From Aulosira sp. ZfuVER01 (GTDB lineage Bacteria > Cyanobacteriota > Cyanobacteriia > Cyanobacteriales > Nostocaceae): DNA of 64,000 nucleotides. Below, piece by piece: positions 43,405-53,691 of the stretch (the stretch's first letter is position 1; each line of letters starts with the position of its first letter). The notes beneath the pieces are model-generated. The model searched no databases. It was not told the origin of the DNA and was given only the letters and a program-made list of their open reading frames with translations. The stretch covers positions 64,001 to 128,000 of the forward strand of contig JAVRCV020000053.1 of the NCBI GenBank assembly GCA_034530615.2, given 5' to 3'. Position numbers and translations under genes: made by a program.

Positions 43405-44490
43405 TTAGAGTTTAGTTAACAATTGACTGAATTTTTGTGCGATCGCAGGTGCATCAAACTCAACAACTTTAGCACGGCCTGCTTTGCCTAACGCTAGGGC
43501 TTTTTCGGGCGATAAGAGTACCTCTGCTAAACAACGTGCTAAATCTTCCGGATCTAAAGGAGTTGCTAATAAACCTTGTACGCCATCTTCAATCAACTCT
43601 GGTGTAGACGACGAACGACTAGCCACAATTGGTTTACTGCTGGCCATTGCTTCTGCAAAAACAATCCCAAAGCCTTCTTGCAGACTTGGTAAACAGAATA
43701 CATGGCAACGGACATACTCGCGTACCAAATATTCATAGGGAACGTAACCCAAGAACGTCACATTTTGATTTAAATCGAGTTCTTGGGTAAGACGGCGCAG
43801 GTTGTTCCACTCTGGCCCCTGACTAGCAATTCGCACTTCCACATCTGGTATTTGACGACGAAGAATTGCTGTGGCCCGGATTAAAGTAGCAACATTTTTG
43901 CGGGGATATTGTACGCCAACACATAATATAGTTGGGCGTGGATTAGTTATATTTTCTTCACTATCGGTTACAGATCCTAAAGCCCGATCCCACCCTTGCA
44001 CATCAATGGGAGGTGGGACAATTTCAATCTCTCCCTTATAGTTATAAAGTTGGGCGAGCCTAGCGCTGGAATACTCACTAGTAGCGATCGCCATATTCGC
44101 ACGATGGACGCTAACTTGCTCGGCTTTTGCCATTAATTCTAAAGAGGTACGTACCCAACCCCGCTCAAACTTGGCTTCGTCAGCGATAATACCGTGAATA
44201 TAAGCAATAAAAGGTGCTTTGATGCGATCGCCAATGGTGTAGCCATCCATATCTAGACCAATTACTGCATCGTATTTGTCAAAATCCAGCGGATCGAGTC
44301 CCCAGTTCCAACGGAAGCGCTGCACCATATAACCCATAGGGCCGGATGCTTTATTTGGCGCGAACACATCAACTTTATGACCCTGCGATCGCAATTGAGT
44401 AATCAAGTGGGCATTCCCGACAAAAGTACCGCTTCCTAGTTTGGCATTTTGGGGAGTTGCTGTAATAAATGCTAGCTTCATCTTTTGCAA
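43405..44490 (-). CDS. Glycosyltransferase family 4
   Basis: PRKNV, PSLQEGFGIVFAEAMA. Confidence 0.9.
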   Translation of the reverse strand: MQKMKLAFITATPQNAKLGSGTFVGNAHLITQLRSQGHKVDVFAPNKASGPMGYMVQRFRWNWGLDPLDFDKYDAVIGLDMDGYTIGDRIKAPFIAYIHGIIADEAKFERGWVRTSLELMAKAEQVSVHRANMAIATSEYSSARLAQLYNYKGEIEIVPPPIDVQGWDRALGSVTDSEENITNPRPTILCVGVQYPRKNVATLIRATAILRRQIPDVEVRIASQGPEWNNLRRLTQELDLNQNVTFLGYVPYEYLVREYVRCHVFCLPSLQEGFGIVFAEAMASSKPIVASRSSSTPELIEDGVQGLLATPLDPEDLARCLAEVLLSPEKALALGKAGRAKVVEFDAPAIAQKFSQLLTKL

Positions 44491-44832
44491 TAGTTTAGTT
44501 GATTTTGTTTTACAAAGAGACTGATATTGAGTTTGAGATAAGTCTGCCTTTTGCCAATCCTAGGGAAATTGGTGGTATAAAAGTCAAGATCGAGGTTTAT
44601 TTCCTGATTAGAGCAGCAGACTTGTTCAATCACAAGGGACTCGTATTATTGCCAGAAATATTTAATTTAAATGAAATTTTTTCTAAAATAATTAGCTTTG
44701 TGTAGCTAACAGATTTGTTGCAATTAGTTACATAATCGTCAGCTTTCTATTGCAGTTTGTAACTATTTTGTGCAACCTCAAGGACTATTCCTTTAGACTG
44801 AATCTCAATAGAAAATATTGGGATCAAGACCA

Positions 44833-45153
44833 ATGCATTCGGTAAACATATTTTGTCACGAGTTTGTAGTTGCTGTTTCTTTTGTGGCTTGTATTGTTGG
44901 TCTATTGATACTTTGGGATAGCAAGCAGCAAAAAGATGAAATGGAAGAAACAGAGCAGATTCTGTTTAGAATGAGCTTTACTTACTGGCTAGTTTATTGT
45001 GTTGCTTTTGGCTTGGACAAAATACTTTTACCAAGCTGGGAACCGATAGTAATGTCTTTAAAAATAACTACAGCTCTGTCATATTTTTTAACATTTTCTT
45101 GTATCCTCAGTTTACCACTCCACAGATTTGCAGTACATCAGATAGAAGAATAG
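44833..45153 (+). CDS. Small membrane protein
   Basis: Three hydrophobic helices; ATG 44833 within track ORF 44818..45153. Confidence 0.6.
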   Translation: MHSVNIFCHEFVVAVSFVACIVGLLILWDSKQQKDEMEETEQILFRMSFTYWLVYCVAFGLDKILLPSWEPIVMSLKITTALSYFLTFSCILSLPLHRFAVHQIEE

Positions 45154-45208
45154 TTGAGAGTCAACAGTGCATAGTCGATGAACTATGGACTATTGACTAT
45201 TGAGATGA

Positions 45209-45502
45209 TTAACTTTTCATAGCGATCGCGATCGCCTCTAAAAGACTATCTCGATCTAAAGTCGTCAATATAAATACCTCCTGTACCGTCTTTCCTTGGC
45301 GAGCGATGACTTTATAACCCCCCCGAATCGGTACAGACACACGCAGTTGCATTTTGGGAGCATGACCTCTAACTCGTCCAATTACGCCTGGTGTCACGGT
45401 TTGAATGCCATGCTGCTGACACAAACGTTCTAATATGGGGATGAGACCACTAATGTGGGTTGAGTGATTCCAGACTAATCTACCATCATTGGGTTTGCCC
45501 AT
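45209..45502 (-). CDS. DUF2103 family protein
   Basis: GRLVWNHSTHI.GLIP, ARQGKTVQEVF; downstream of clpS. Confidence 0.8.
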   Translation of the reverse strand: MGKPNDGRLVWNHSTHISGLIPILERLCQQHGIQTVTPGVIGRVRGHAPKMQLRVSVPIRGGYKVIARQGKTVQEVFILTTLDRDSLLEAIAIAMKS

Positions 45503-45506
45503 TAAT

Positions 45507-45827
45507 TTAAGCTGCCTCTAGCGGAGCCATTGTCAAACCCGCACGCCGCAGTTGCTGGTGATATAGTTCTGCTGGTTCTTGGGGGCCTACCCAAACGATC
45601 GCTTGACCTTCAAAATGTATTTGGTTAGTCAAATCCCAAGCTTGGTCGCTTGTCATCCCCGGAATATACTTCATCAGACACTCAGCTACGTGCTGAAATG
45701 TATTAAAGTCGTCGTTTAAAACGATAACTTTGTAATTTGGATATAGCTTGCGGGTTACTTGATTAGACCGTTCAGGAGCTATAGTTGGTGATGTGGAAAG
45801 TCTGGTCACCATAAAACAGTTAATCAA
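45507..45827 (-). CDS. clpS: ATP-dependent Clp protease adaptor
   Basis: YKVIVLNDDFNTFQHV, IHFEGQAIVW. Confidence 0.93.
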   Translation of the reverse strand: MINCFMVTRLSTSPTIAPERSNQVTRKLYPNYKVIVLNDDFNTFQHVAECLMKYIPGMTSDQAWDLTNQIHFEGQAIVWVGPQEPAELYHQQLRRAGLTMAPLEAA

Positions 45828-45975
45828 CAGGACTTTATAACACTACACTACAAATAACTAGTTTAGTCCATCCTCCAGAATCAAGAGTTGGTTCCCGGAT
45901 TTTCCATCTCATCATGACATACTACTCATTAGGCATAAGTTGAAGAGGCGATCGCACAATTCACAAGCATGTCTT

Positions 45976-46076
45976 ATACCATTTTGGATTTTGGATTTTA
46001 GATTTTGGATTGTAAAAGATTGATTGAGCAAGCTTTTGGACGATCCATCTGTCGCAATCATTTTTCAAATTGGTAT
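45976..46076. repeat. Small inverted-repeat element carrying ttttgga heptamers
   Basis: Ends ataccattttg / caaattggtat (10/11 inverted); internal attttgg array. Confidence 0.5.
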
Positions 46077-46230
46077 TATTAATCAATTTTCTCTTGATCT
46101 GCCAAGGTTAGAGGGATACTGACATTTCTTAATTGTCATATATTTAACATTGCCACACTCTAGAAGGGTATCGCTACATAAACTCAGATCACCTGCGTGG
46201 GCTAGATGCAATAAGAAATAAGTGTTTGAG

Positions 46231-46258
46231 CTTAAGTTGACGCCAATGTAGCCCCTAC
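46231..46258. mobile_element. Solo terminal repeat of the IS4/MITE family next to a half REP
   Basis: cttaagttgacgccaatg (17/18 to TIR) followed by tagcccctac. Confidence 0.7.
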
Positions 46259-46583
46259 GAGTCAGGTAATTGTATGTAGTCACGACAATTTTTTAAATTG
46301 CATGAAAATAGCTAGAAATACTCTAGGCCTAAACAAATAAGCTGAGTTAGCTTATCACGTAGCAAGAGCCTCAAAACTCCTGCTTAACTTGTGGTATAGC
46401 CGAAATAATGGAGATAATTGCCAACAAAATCAGCTTTTGAGGAAAATTTCTCCCACTAAGGATATTCTCATGATTATTGCAATAAAATTTAGTAATTTTC
46501 CGCAATTGTCACCAGGACGATTGTGTATAACATTGATTAATCTTTAACTAGACGGCAACAAAGCTTCTATAGTATTTTTTCCT

Positions 46584-46763
46584 ATGGCTCCCAAACTTAA
46601 GAAATTTCAATTTCCACTTTGGCATTATCTCAACCAGCCCTTGTTTAGTAGCCACACTAAATTAATATGGAATCCTCGTACTTTTGCTTCTATATGGCGA
46701 ATTCAACTTTTAGAACGTTGTTGGCATAGAGAATGTGATGCCAAAGGACCTCAACAGCATTAA
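46584..46763 (+). CDS. Small protein (59 aa) below the ORF-track cut-off
   Basis: MAPKLKKFQFPLWHYLNQPLFSSHTKLIWNPRTFASIWRIQLLERCWHRECDAKGPQQH; ATG to TAA translated by hand. Confidence 0.65.
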   Translation: MAPKLKKFQFPLWHYLNQPLFSSHTKLIWNPRTFASIWRIQLLERCWHRECDAKGPQQH

Positions 46764-46786
46764 ATGACTATTATTAAGGGTGCAAA

Positions 46787-48082
46787 TTAAGCCTCGTCTA
46801 AAGTACGAGGCTTTTTACCGTCTAGTAAAGCACTGACTGTCATATCTCCCATGACATTAATTGCAGTCCGGCAACGATCTAAAAACCAATCTACTGTCAC
46901 CAACAAAGCAATATACTGTGTCGGCAAACCAACGGAAGTAAACACCAAAGTCATTGTTACTAATCCTGCATTGGGAATACCGGCTGCGCCCACAGATGCA
47001 AAAATCGATGTCAGGACAACGATTAACTGTTGTCCTAAACTCAGATGTTGCCCTAGTACTTGGGAAATATACAATGCAGACATCGCCTCATACAAGGCTG
47101 TCCCATCATTGTTAAAGTTTGCGCCGACTAATGCGCCTAAAGAAGCTGAAGATTCCCTTAAACCAATTTTTGTTTGCAAAATCTCAAAGGTAATCGGCAT
47201 TGTTACCGTTGAGGAAGATGTGGAAAAAGCTGTCAAAAACGCATCGGAACCACCTGCGAGAAACTTTAATGGCTCAACCCAAGAACCGAATTGTACCCTA
47301 GTGAGATAGTAGCAAGCTTGTAATGCTAGAGCTACTAACACCGCCACAATAAACGCCGCTAGAGATTGGAAGGGAGCAAAACCTTTTTCAGCAACAGTTT
47401 TAGCAACAATTCCAAATACAGCCAAAGGGACTAAAGCAATTACCCAATTCAGGATACGAATTACCGCCTCAAATAAAATCCCAATCACATCTTCTATTGG
47501 TTGGTATGCTGTTTTGCCTTGGGTGATTTGTTCTGATTTTAATGCCCTTAGCACAATCCCAAAGGAAAGGGCAATAACTATTAGTTGGATAACATTATTA
47601 TCGACTAGAGGCTTGAGGATTGCGTCGGGAACAGCATCTTTGAATAAACCCCAAGGATCGAGACTTTCACCAGCTATTTCCGTACCTGTTGGCGTTACAG
47701 CTAAATTTCCCCAACTACCTGGATGTAGGACGTTGGCGACAAACAGCCCTACCAAAATAGCTACGGTAGTGTTTGTTAACAACAGTACTGCTAGCCGTCT
47801 GCCTGCTGTACCAGGAATATTGGTAGTCATGAAGGTGTGCAGGACTGCTACGAGAATTAAGGGCGTAGCTAGGGCGCGGAGAGCCTTTAGCACCAATTCC
47901 GCAGGTATGGCGAGGTTGGTAATCAAAGTAGCATTGTCTGGGCTAGGATTTCCTGCACCGAGGGCAATTCCTAAGCTGACAGCCAGCACTAGGGCGATAA
48001 TAATTTGTAATGTCAGAGGGATACGCAGCCACCAAGGACGGGTCTTGGTTTCAAGCGAAGTAATGGTCTCTGGTTCAGTCAT
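46787..48082 (-). CDS. Dicarboxylate/amino acid:cation symporter (DAACS)
   Basis: AFSTSSS, GANFNNDGTALYE, SVGAAGIP, DRCRTAINVMGD. Confidence 0.93.
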   Translation of the reverse strand: MTEPETITSLETKTRPWWLRIPLTLQIIIALVLAVSLGIALGAGNPSPDNATLITNLAIPAELVLKALRALATPLILVAVLHTFMTTNIPGTAGRRLAVLLLTNTTVAILVGLFVANVLHPGSWGNLAVTPTGTEIAGESLDPWGLFKDAVPDAILKPLVDNNVIQLIVIALSFGIVLRALKSEQITQGKTAYQPIEDVIGILFEAVIRILNWVIALVPLAVFGIVAKTVAEKGFAPFQSLAAFIVAVLVALALQACYYLTRVQFGSWVEPLKFLAGGSDAFLTAFSTSSSTVTMPITFEILQTKIGLRESSASLGALVGANFNNDGTALYEAMSALYISQVLGQHLSLGQQLIVVLTSIFASVGAAGIPNAGLVTMTLVFTSVGLPTQYIALLVTVDWFLDRCRTAINVMGDMTVSALLDGKKPRTLDEA

Positions 48083-48257
48083 TGCTAGATGCTCGGTAAC
48101 TGGACTGCTGTAACTATTTAAACATCACTTGCGGAAGTGAAATTTCTGCAAAAGCGTTAATCTAAGATCCCGTTGCTTTCTTTGCAGAATTCTGCTCAAA
48201 GGGGTATGTCACTAGTATGCCCTGCGAGCTATCGTCAGCTTGTGGTTGGAGATTGAT

Positions 48258-50888
48258 ATGTCCTTTGTCCCTTTGCATATTCACAGTGACTACAGCTTAC
48301 TTGATGGGGCCAGTCAGCTGCCAGAGTTGGTGGATCAGGCGATCGCACTGGGGATGAAAGCGATCGCCCTCACCGATCACGGTGTGATGTACGGTGCGGT
48401 GGAACTGATCAAAATCTGCCGCAGTAAAAACATTAAGCCAATTCTTGGCAATGAAATGTATATCATTAATGGCGATATCGAAAAGCAAGAACGCCGTCCC
48501 CGTTATCATCAAGTTGTTTTAGCTAAAAATACTAAAGGTTATAAAAATTTAGTCAAATTAACTACTATTTCCCACCTTAAAGGTGTACAGGGAAAAGGTA
48601 TTTTTTCCCGTCCTTGTATCAACAAAGAATTATTAAAAGAATATCATGAAGGGTTGATTGTCACCAGTGCTTGTTTAGGTGGAGAAATCCCCCAAGCAAT
48701 TCTTAGCAATAGACCAGATGCAGCGCGGAAAGTTGCTAAATGGTATAAAGATGTATTTGGTGATGACTATTATTTAGAAATTCAAGACCACGGCTCCCAA
48801 GAAGACCGAATTGTTAACGTAGAAATTATTAAAATAGCTCGGGAATTAGATATTAAAGTTGTTGCTACTAATGACTCTCATTTTATTTCTTGTTATGACG
48901 TAGAAGCACATGACGCTTTGCTGTGCATTCAAACAGGCAAGCTAATTATTGAAGAAAATCGGATGCGTTATAGCGGCACAGAATATCTCAAATCTGCCGA
49001 AGAAATGAAGCTGCTATTTCGCGATCATTTACCTGATGATGTGATTGCGTCAGCTGTAGCTACTACCGAAGAAGTTGCCGATAAAGTCGAGCCTTACCAG
49101 ATTATGGGTGAGCCGCAAATTCCTACCCCTCCCATTCCCTCTGGTCATACTGCTGATACTTATGCCGAAGAAGTTGCATGGAGCGGACTTTTAGAAAGAT
49201 TAAATCGCAAATCCCGCAACGAAGTCGATCCAACCTACAAAGAAAGGTTGGAATACGAACTAAAAATGATTCAACAAATGGGATTTTCCAAATACTTTTT
49301 AGTTGTATGGGATTATATCAAATTTGCGAGAGATAATAATATCCCTGTAGGGCCTGGTCGCGGTTCGGCGGCTGGCTCATTAGTTGCTTATGCGATGCGC
49401 ATTACCAACATCGATCCAGTACATCATGGTTTATTATTTGAGCGCTTTTTGAACCCAGAACGGAAATCCATGCCTGATATTGATACGGATTTCTGCATTG
49501 AACAAAGAGATAAAGTTATTGAATATGTAACTGAGAAATATGGTGCTGATAAGGTTGCCCAAATTATTACCTTTAACCGGCTAACTTCCAAATCAGTATT
49601 AAAAGATGTCGCCAGAGTATTAAATATTCCCTATGGGGAAGCCGACAAAATGGCGAAATTAATTCCTGTAGTGCGGGGTAAACCAACTAAACTCAAGGTG
49701 ATGGTTTCTGATGATACCCCAGCACCAGAGTTTAAAGAAAAGTATGATAATGAGCCTCATGTTCGCCATTGGCTTGATATGGCAATGCGCATTGAAGGAA
49801 CTAACAAAACCTTTGGGGTTCATGCAGCAGGCGTGGTAATTTCTGCCGATCCCCTTGATGAAATCGTACCGCTACAGAGAAATAACGACGGTTCCGTGAT
49901 TACTCAGTATTTCATGGAAGACTTAGAATCAATGGGATTGTTAAAGATGGACTTTCTCGGTCTGCGGAACTTAACTCTGATTCAAAAGACTCTAGATTTA
50001 ATTGAACAAACTAACGGTTATCGTGTCGATCCTGATGAAATTACAGGACAAGAAAGAAAAGCGCAGAGGATATTAGCTAAAGGCGAACATAGTACTTTAC
50101 CAAAAGATGTCCAAAAAGCTTACGCACTATTAGAAGCTGGAGAGTTAGAAGGAGTATTTCAGTTAGAATCTTCGGGGATGAAGCAGATAGTGCGAGATTT
50201 GAAGCCATCTAATATCGAAGATATCTCCTCAATTTTGGCACTTTATCGACCGGGTCCTTTAGATGCGGGACTAATTCCTAAGTTTATTAACCGTAAGCAC
50301 GGACGAGAAAATATTGACTATGAAACTGCTATTTTAGAACCCATATTAAATGAGACATACGGAATTATGGTCTATCAAGAGCAAATTATGAAAATTGCTC
50401 AGGATATGGCTGGATATTCGCTAGGACAAGCTGATTTGCTGCGTCGGGCGATGGGTAAAAAGAAAGTTTCGGAGATGCAGAAACAGCAAGAAAAGTTTAT
50501 TGATGGTGCAACTAAAAACGGCGTTAAAAAGCAAGTAGCTGAGAAGCTATTTGATGATATGTTGAAATTTGCTGAATATTGCTTAAGCTATGACACGGAA
50601 ATTTTAACAGTCGAATACGGCTTAATTCCGATAGGTGAAATAGTTGAAAAACAATTGGAATGCAGGGTTTATAGTGTTGATGAAAATGGCAACGTTTATA
50701 CTCAACCCATAGCACAATGGCATAATCGCGGCAAACAAGAAGTATTTGAGTATTATTTAGAAGATGGTTCGATTATTCGGGCGACAAAAGACCATAAATT
50801 TATGACTACTGATGGGCAAATGTTACCGATTAATGAAATATTTGAACGGGGGTTGGATTTGCTACAGGTTCCGCGATTACCAAAATAA
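48258..50888 (+). CDS. dnaE: DNA polymerase III alpha, N-terminal half fused to split intein N-fragment
   Basis: [15 protein letters not shown] domain, [16 protein letters not shown], then [22 protein letters not shown] 48258. Confidence 0.97.
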   Translation: MSFVPLHIHSDYSLLDGASQLPELVDQAIALGMKAIALTDHGVMYGAVELIKICRSKNIKPILGNEMYIINGDIEKQERRPRYHQVVLAKNTKGYKNLVKLTTISHLKGVQGKGIFSRPCINKELLKEYHEGLIVTSACLGGEIPQAILSNRPDAARKVAKWYKDVFGDDYYLEIQDHGSQEDRIVNVEIIKIARELDIKVVATNDSHFISCYDVEAHDALLCIQTGKLIIEENRMRYSGTEYLKSAEEMKLLFRDHLPDDVIASAVATTEEVADKVEPYQIMGEPQIPTPPIPSGHTADTYAEEVAWSGLLERLNRKSRNEVDPTYKERLEYELKMIQQMGFSKYFLVVWDYIKFARDNNIPVGPGRGSAAGSLVAYAMRITNIDPVHHGLLFERFLNPERKSMPDIDTDFCIEQRDKVIEYVTEKYGADKVAQIITFNRLTSKSVLKDVARVLNIPYGEADKMAKLIPVVRGKPTKLKVMVSDDTPAPEFKEKYDNEPHVRHWLDMAMRIEGTNKTFGVHAAGVVISADPLDEIVPLQRNNDGSVITQYFMEDLESMGLLKMDFLGLRNLTLIQKTLDLIEQTNGYRVDPDEITGQERKAQRILAKGEHSTLPKDVQKAYALLEAGELEGVFQLESSGMKQIVRDLKPSNIEDISSILALYRPGPLDAGLIPKFINRKHGRENIDYETAILEPILNETYGIMVYQEQIMKIAQDMAGYSLGQADLLRRAMGKKKVSEMQKQQEKFIDGATKNGVKKQVAEKLFDDMLKFAEYCLSYDTEILTVEYGLIPIGEIVEKQLECRVYSVDENGNVYTQPIAQWHNRGKQEVFEYYLEDGSIIRATKDHKFMTTDGQMLPINEIFERGLDLLQVPRLPK
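50580..50888 (+). other. DnaE split intein N-fragment (102 aa)
   Basis: Begins [14 protein letters not shown], contains block [10 protein letters not shown], ends at stop. Confidence 0.95.
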
Positions 50889-50979
50889 GAACCCATAGCA
50901 ATAATTAATACGGGATTGGATGCTCAGAGTAAGAAAACTTGTGCCATAGTTTTTTACTTTTAGTTGCTACGATCTGTTA

Positions 50980-52476
50980 TCAATCTCGTGTATATTTACA
51001 AGCCAAGTATTGCTGAAAAGTAATATAAGAGAAAGAGTAAATACCCTTTGCCCTCTCAACCAGTAAACCATTTTGAGATTGAATACACTTTAGAAGTGAT
51101 TCGCTATCAATTTCCAGTGCATCCAAATTTTTATTACCATCATGTAAGCTACGAATGTATTGGATAATATGCTTTTCAATAGATTCTTGATTGAAGAAAT
51201 ACTCACCTCGTTCCCAAGAATTTCGAGCAATTTTGCTCAATAACTCTTCTGTTTGCCGTCGAAAAATTTGTCGATAATTCTCATCTCGTTGAATATGATG
51301 CTGGTCATCCCATCGTTTAATCAATATATCTAATGCTTCTTGATAAATTTCTGATTTAGAATCGGTAAAATCTACTATGTCTTCAAAAACTAAACATAGA
51401 AATGTCAGTAATAAGGGATTAGTTGCCAATTCTTGTAGCGATTGATTTTCTTTTAGCTTTTGTAAAAAATATTCTGCTTTGCTCGCTTCTGTTTCCTGAA
51501 ACCACTTGGTAACAAATTCAGTAATCTGTTGGTCATCAAAATCGGCAATTTCTACTTCTGTAAATTGTTCAAAAATATAATTCCGTGCCGCAACTCGGCA
51601 GGTGATGACAAAGGAATTGGCGTAAAATCGGATTGTAAAAGAGCGAATCTCCTGCACAACTCGTTCAAAATTGGCATCTCTAACTTCATCTAACCCATCT
51701 AATAAAACAATTGTTTGCCCTTGAGTGAGAAGGTTTAGCGCTGCATTGGGTACAACCACCCCACAATCTTCAAACTGTTCTGTAATGTACTCTAGTAGAG
51801 TTGTTTGCTCTCTAGCCTCTGCAAAGTCTTTGAGATGAATAAAAATTGGCACGCGATCGCTTCGATACTCGCCCAAGTTACACTGAATAGCCAACCACTT
51901 TAAAAATATGGTCTTGCCTGTTCCTGGTTTCCCTAAAATTATCAATTTGTCGTAGTCTTCTACGGCTTCCAGGGCTAGTCGGCGCGGTTGTTGTAGAATA
52001 CCCAAGTTAAAACAGTTCCACTTCTTAGGGTCAAAATCCCGCACTATCTCTCCAATATTCAACCGCCTGCGTCCAGCCACCCGTTCCCAAATATTTACAT
52101 GAGTGTAGATAGTATCCAGCCTTCTTGGCCGTTCCATATCTAGCACCCGCATCACGCCACAACGCCTTTGGATGCTGTCATGGACTTTTTCACGAACACT
52201 CTGCACCAAACTCTGAATTTGGCTAACGCTGGCTGACTGTTCCACGTCAGGGAAGGATGAAGGCTTAATAATCTCTTCCCAATTCAGGTTGAGCTTTTCG
52301 CAAATTGTGACGAAAATGTAGCGGTCAACTGGTTTGCCTTGAAAAAACTTGGTCACAGGCTGACGACTAATGCCTAGTTCTCCGGCTAACCCTTGCTGTG
52401 TCAAGGAATTACGGATTAAGGCTGCTTCGGCTTTACTAATTCCCTTGGCCGATGCTTGAAGCGATCGCCTAGTCAT
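50980..52476 (-). CDS. HTH-NACHT NTPase, apparently lacking a C-terminal domain
   Basis: N-terminal XRE-like HTH (LTQQGLAGELGISRQPVTKFF), Walker A GKPGTGKT, Walker B LLDGLDE, NPLLL, ends right after YSFSYITFQQYL. Confidence 0.88.
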   Translation of the reverse strand: MTRRSLQASAKGISKAEAALIRNSLTQQGLAGELGISRQPVTKFFQGKPVDRYIFVTICEKLNLNWEEIIKPSSFPDVEQSASVSQIQSLVQSVREKVHDSIQRRCGVMRVLDMERPRRLDTIYTHVNIWERVAGRRRLNIGEIVRDFDPKKWNCFNLGILQQPRRLALEAVEDYDKLIILGKPGTGKTIFLKWLAIQCNLGEYRSDRVPIFIHLKDFAEAREQTTLLEYITEQFEDCGVVVPNAALNLLTQGQTIVLLDGLDEVRDANFERVVQEIRSFTIRFYANSFVITCRVAARNYIFEQFTEVEIADFDDQQITEFVTKWFQETEASKAEYFLQKLKENQSLQELATNPLLLTFLCLVFEDIVDFTDSKSEIYQEALDILIKRWDDQHHIQRDENYRQIFRRQTEELLSKIARNSWERGEYFFNQESIEKHIIQYIRSLHDGNKNLDALEIDSESLLKCIQSQNGLLVERAKGIYSFSYITFQQYLACKYTRD

Positions 52477-52601
52477 TACCTCTATCTAAAATTATTTTGT
52501 TAATTAGATAACTACTTTAGCAAAAAGTCATACACATCTCATGCAGAAGTCATACATAAATCACTCCCAAGAATGATTGTAAAACATACATAAGAATGCG
52601 A

Positions 52602-52649
52602 ATCTAGAGATCTAGATATTTGACATCTCTTACATGAACTGAGTAAATT
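52602..52649 (+). promoter_or_regulatory. Candidate sigma70 promoter with adjacent inverted-repeat operator
   Basis: atctaga-ga-tctagat (52602-52617), TTGACA (52620-52625), 18 bp, TAAATT (52644-52649); RBS aggagg before ATG 52681. Confidence 0.5.
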
Positions 52650-52680
52650 ATTATGTTAAGTGGTCGGTTTAGGAGGGATT

Positions 52681-53298
52681 ATGAGCGAAATTAACGTCTC
52701 GATTGATGCTCCTTCCGGAAAATATGTTATGAAACAAGCGCTAGAACGAATCGCACTAGAATTTCAGGATTATCTCAATTCTCTACAACCTGAGGAGATT
52801 AAATGTTTAGCAGAACGATTGGCACCTACTCATACTAAGCCAAAGTATTCCCAAGCTGAACTTGACTTTGCTGCCAAACTTGGTGCCAATCAAATCAGTG
52901 ATGAAGAGCATAGTAAATTAGAACTTGCTGCCCTGACGAGAAATTTTAGGTGGAGACAAGAATTACTTAAATCTTCATTAACGGCACCACAAGTAGCCGA
53001 TTTGTTGAATACAACCCGTCAGACGCCACACGATCGCTTAAAAAAGAATAGCTTAATTGCTGTTCAAGATAACGGCGTCTGGAAATTTCCCACCTGGCAA
53101 TTCGATCCTCAGGGGCCAGATGGTGTGATTGCTGGGCTACCAGATGTTTTAAAAGCTCTGAATGTTCCTGCTTTCTCCAAAATAAGTTGGCTGAATCGAC
53201 CAAACAACGCTTTAAATGGGCTAACCCCCATAGAAGCCCTGAAGTTTGGGCAAATAGATGATGTAATTGCCGAAGCCAGGACTGTAGGAGTCTTGTAA
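52681..53298 (+). CDS. Putative antitoxin (HTH plus Xre/MbcA/ParS-like C-terminal domain)
   Basis: LTAPQVADLLNTTRQT HTH, FPTWQF, WLNRPNNALNGLTPIEAL; upstream of a RES gene. Confidence 0.75.
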   Translation: MSEINVSIDAPSGKYVMKQALERIALEFQDYLNSLQPEEIKCLAERLAPTHTKPKYSQAELDFAAKLGANQISDEEHSKLELAALTRNFRWRQELLKSSLTAPQVADLLNTTRQTPHDRLKKNSLIAVQDNGVWKFPTWQFDPQGPDGVIAGLPDVLKALNVPAFSKISWLNRPNNALNGLTPIEALKFGQIDDVIAEARTVGVL

Positions 53299-53606
53299 TA
53301 GTCTGTTAGTTAACAAATGATCGATAATAATCAACGCCAGGACGCGGAGAATGAAAATTTCCCCGCGTCCTCTTTTCCGTGTGTCTTTGTCTCTGTGTCT
53401 TCTTATAAGATCCTTGAGTATAAATTCTGGCAACAAATCAACTGGGTGACTGACAAAAGTTACAGGGACTACACTTGTATAGATAAAAATGTCCGGAAAC
53501 ACGTAGCTAACTCTTGAATTTTGCTGTAGATATAGTTTTAATGTACTAATTTACAGACGCCGTAAAAGTCTGTGCCTTACATAGTGCTGCGTATAACTCC
53601 ATAACT

Positions 53607-53635
53607 GTAGGTATTTAGCAATGCTAATCACCTAT
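53607..53635. repeat. Diverged copy of the RAYT-associated REP
   Basis: gtaggtatttagcaatgctaatcacctat, 24/29 with one compensatory pair. Confidence 0.7.
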
Positions 53636-53691
53636 GGGTATTAAACTGTTTAAATTAAGTATTCTTATATTGTCAGTCAACCAGATGAGGA

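Noticed and set aside
53492..53497. TCCGGA (DIF1 heterocyst promoter motif)
   Set aside because: An isolated hexamer, also present inside coding regions; there is no TSS information to support it.
53221..53517. ORFs 53221..53502 and 53317..53517
   Set aside because: They run through repeat and hairpin sequence with no protein-like motifs; probably spurious.
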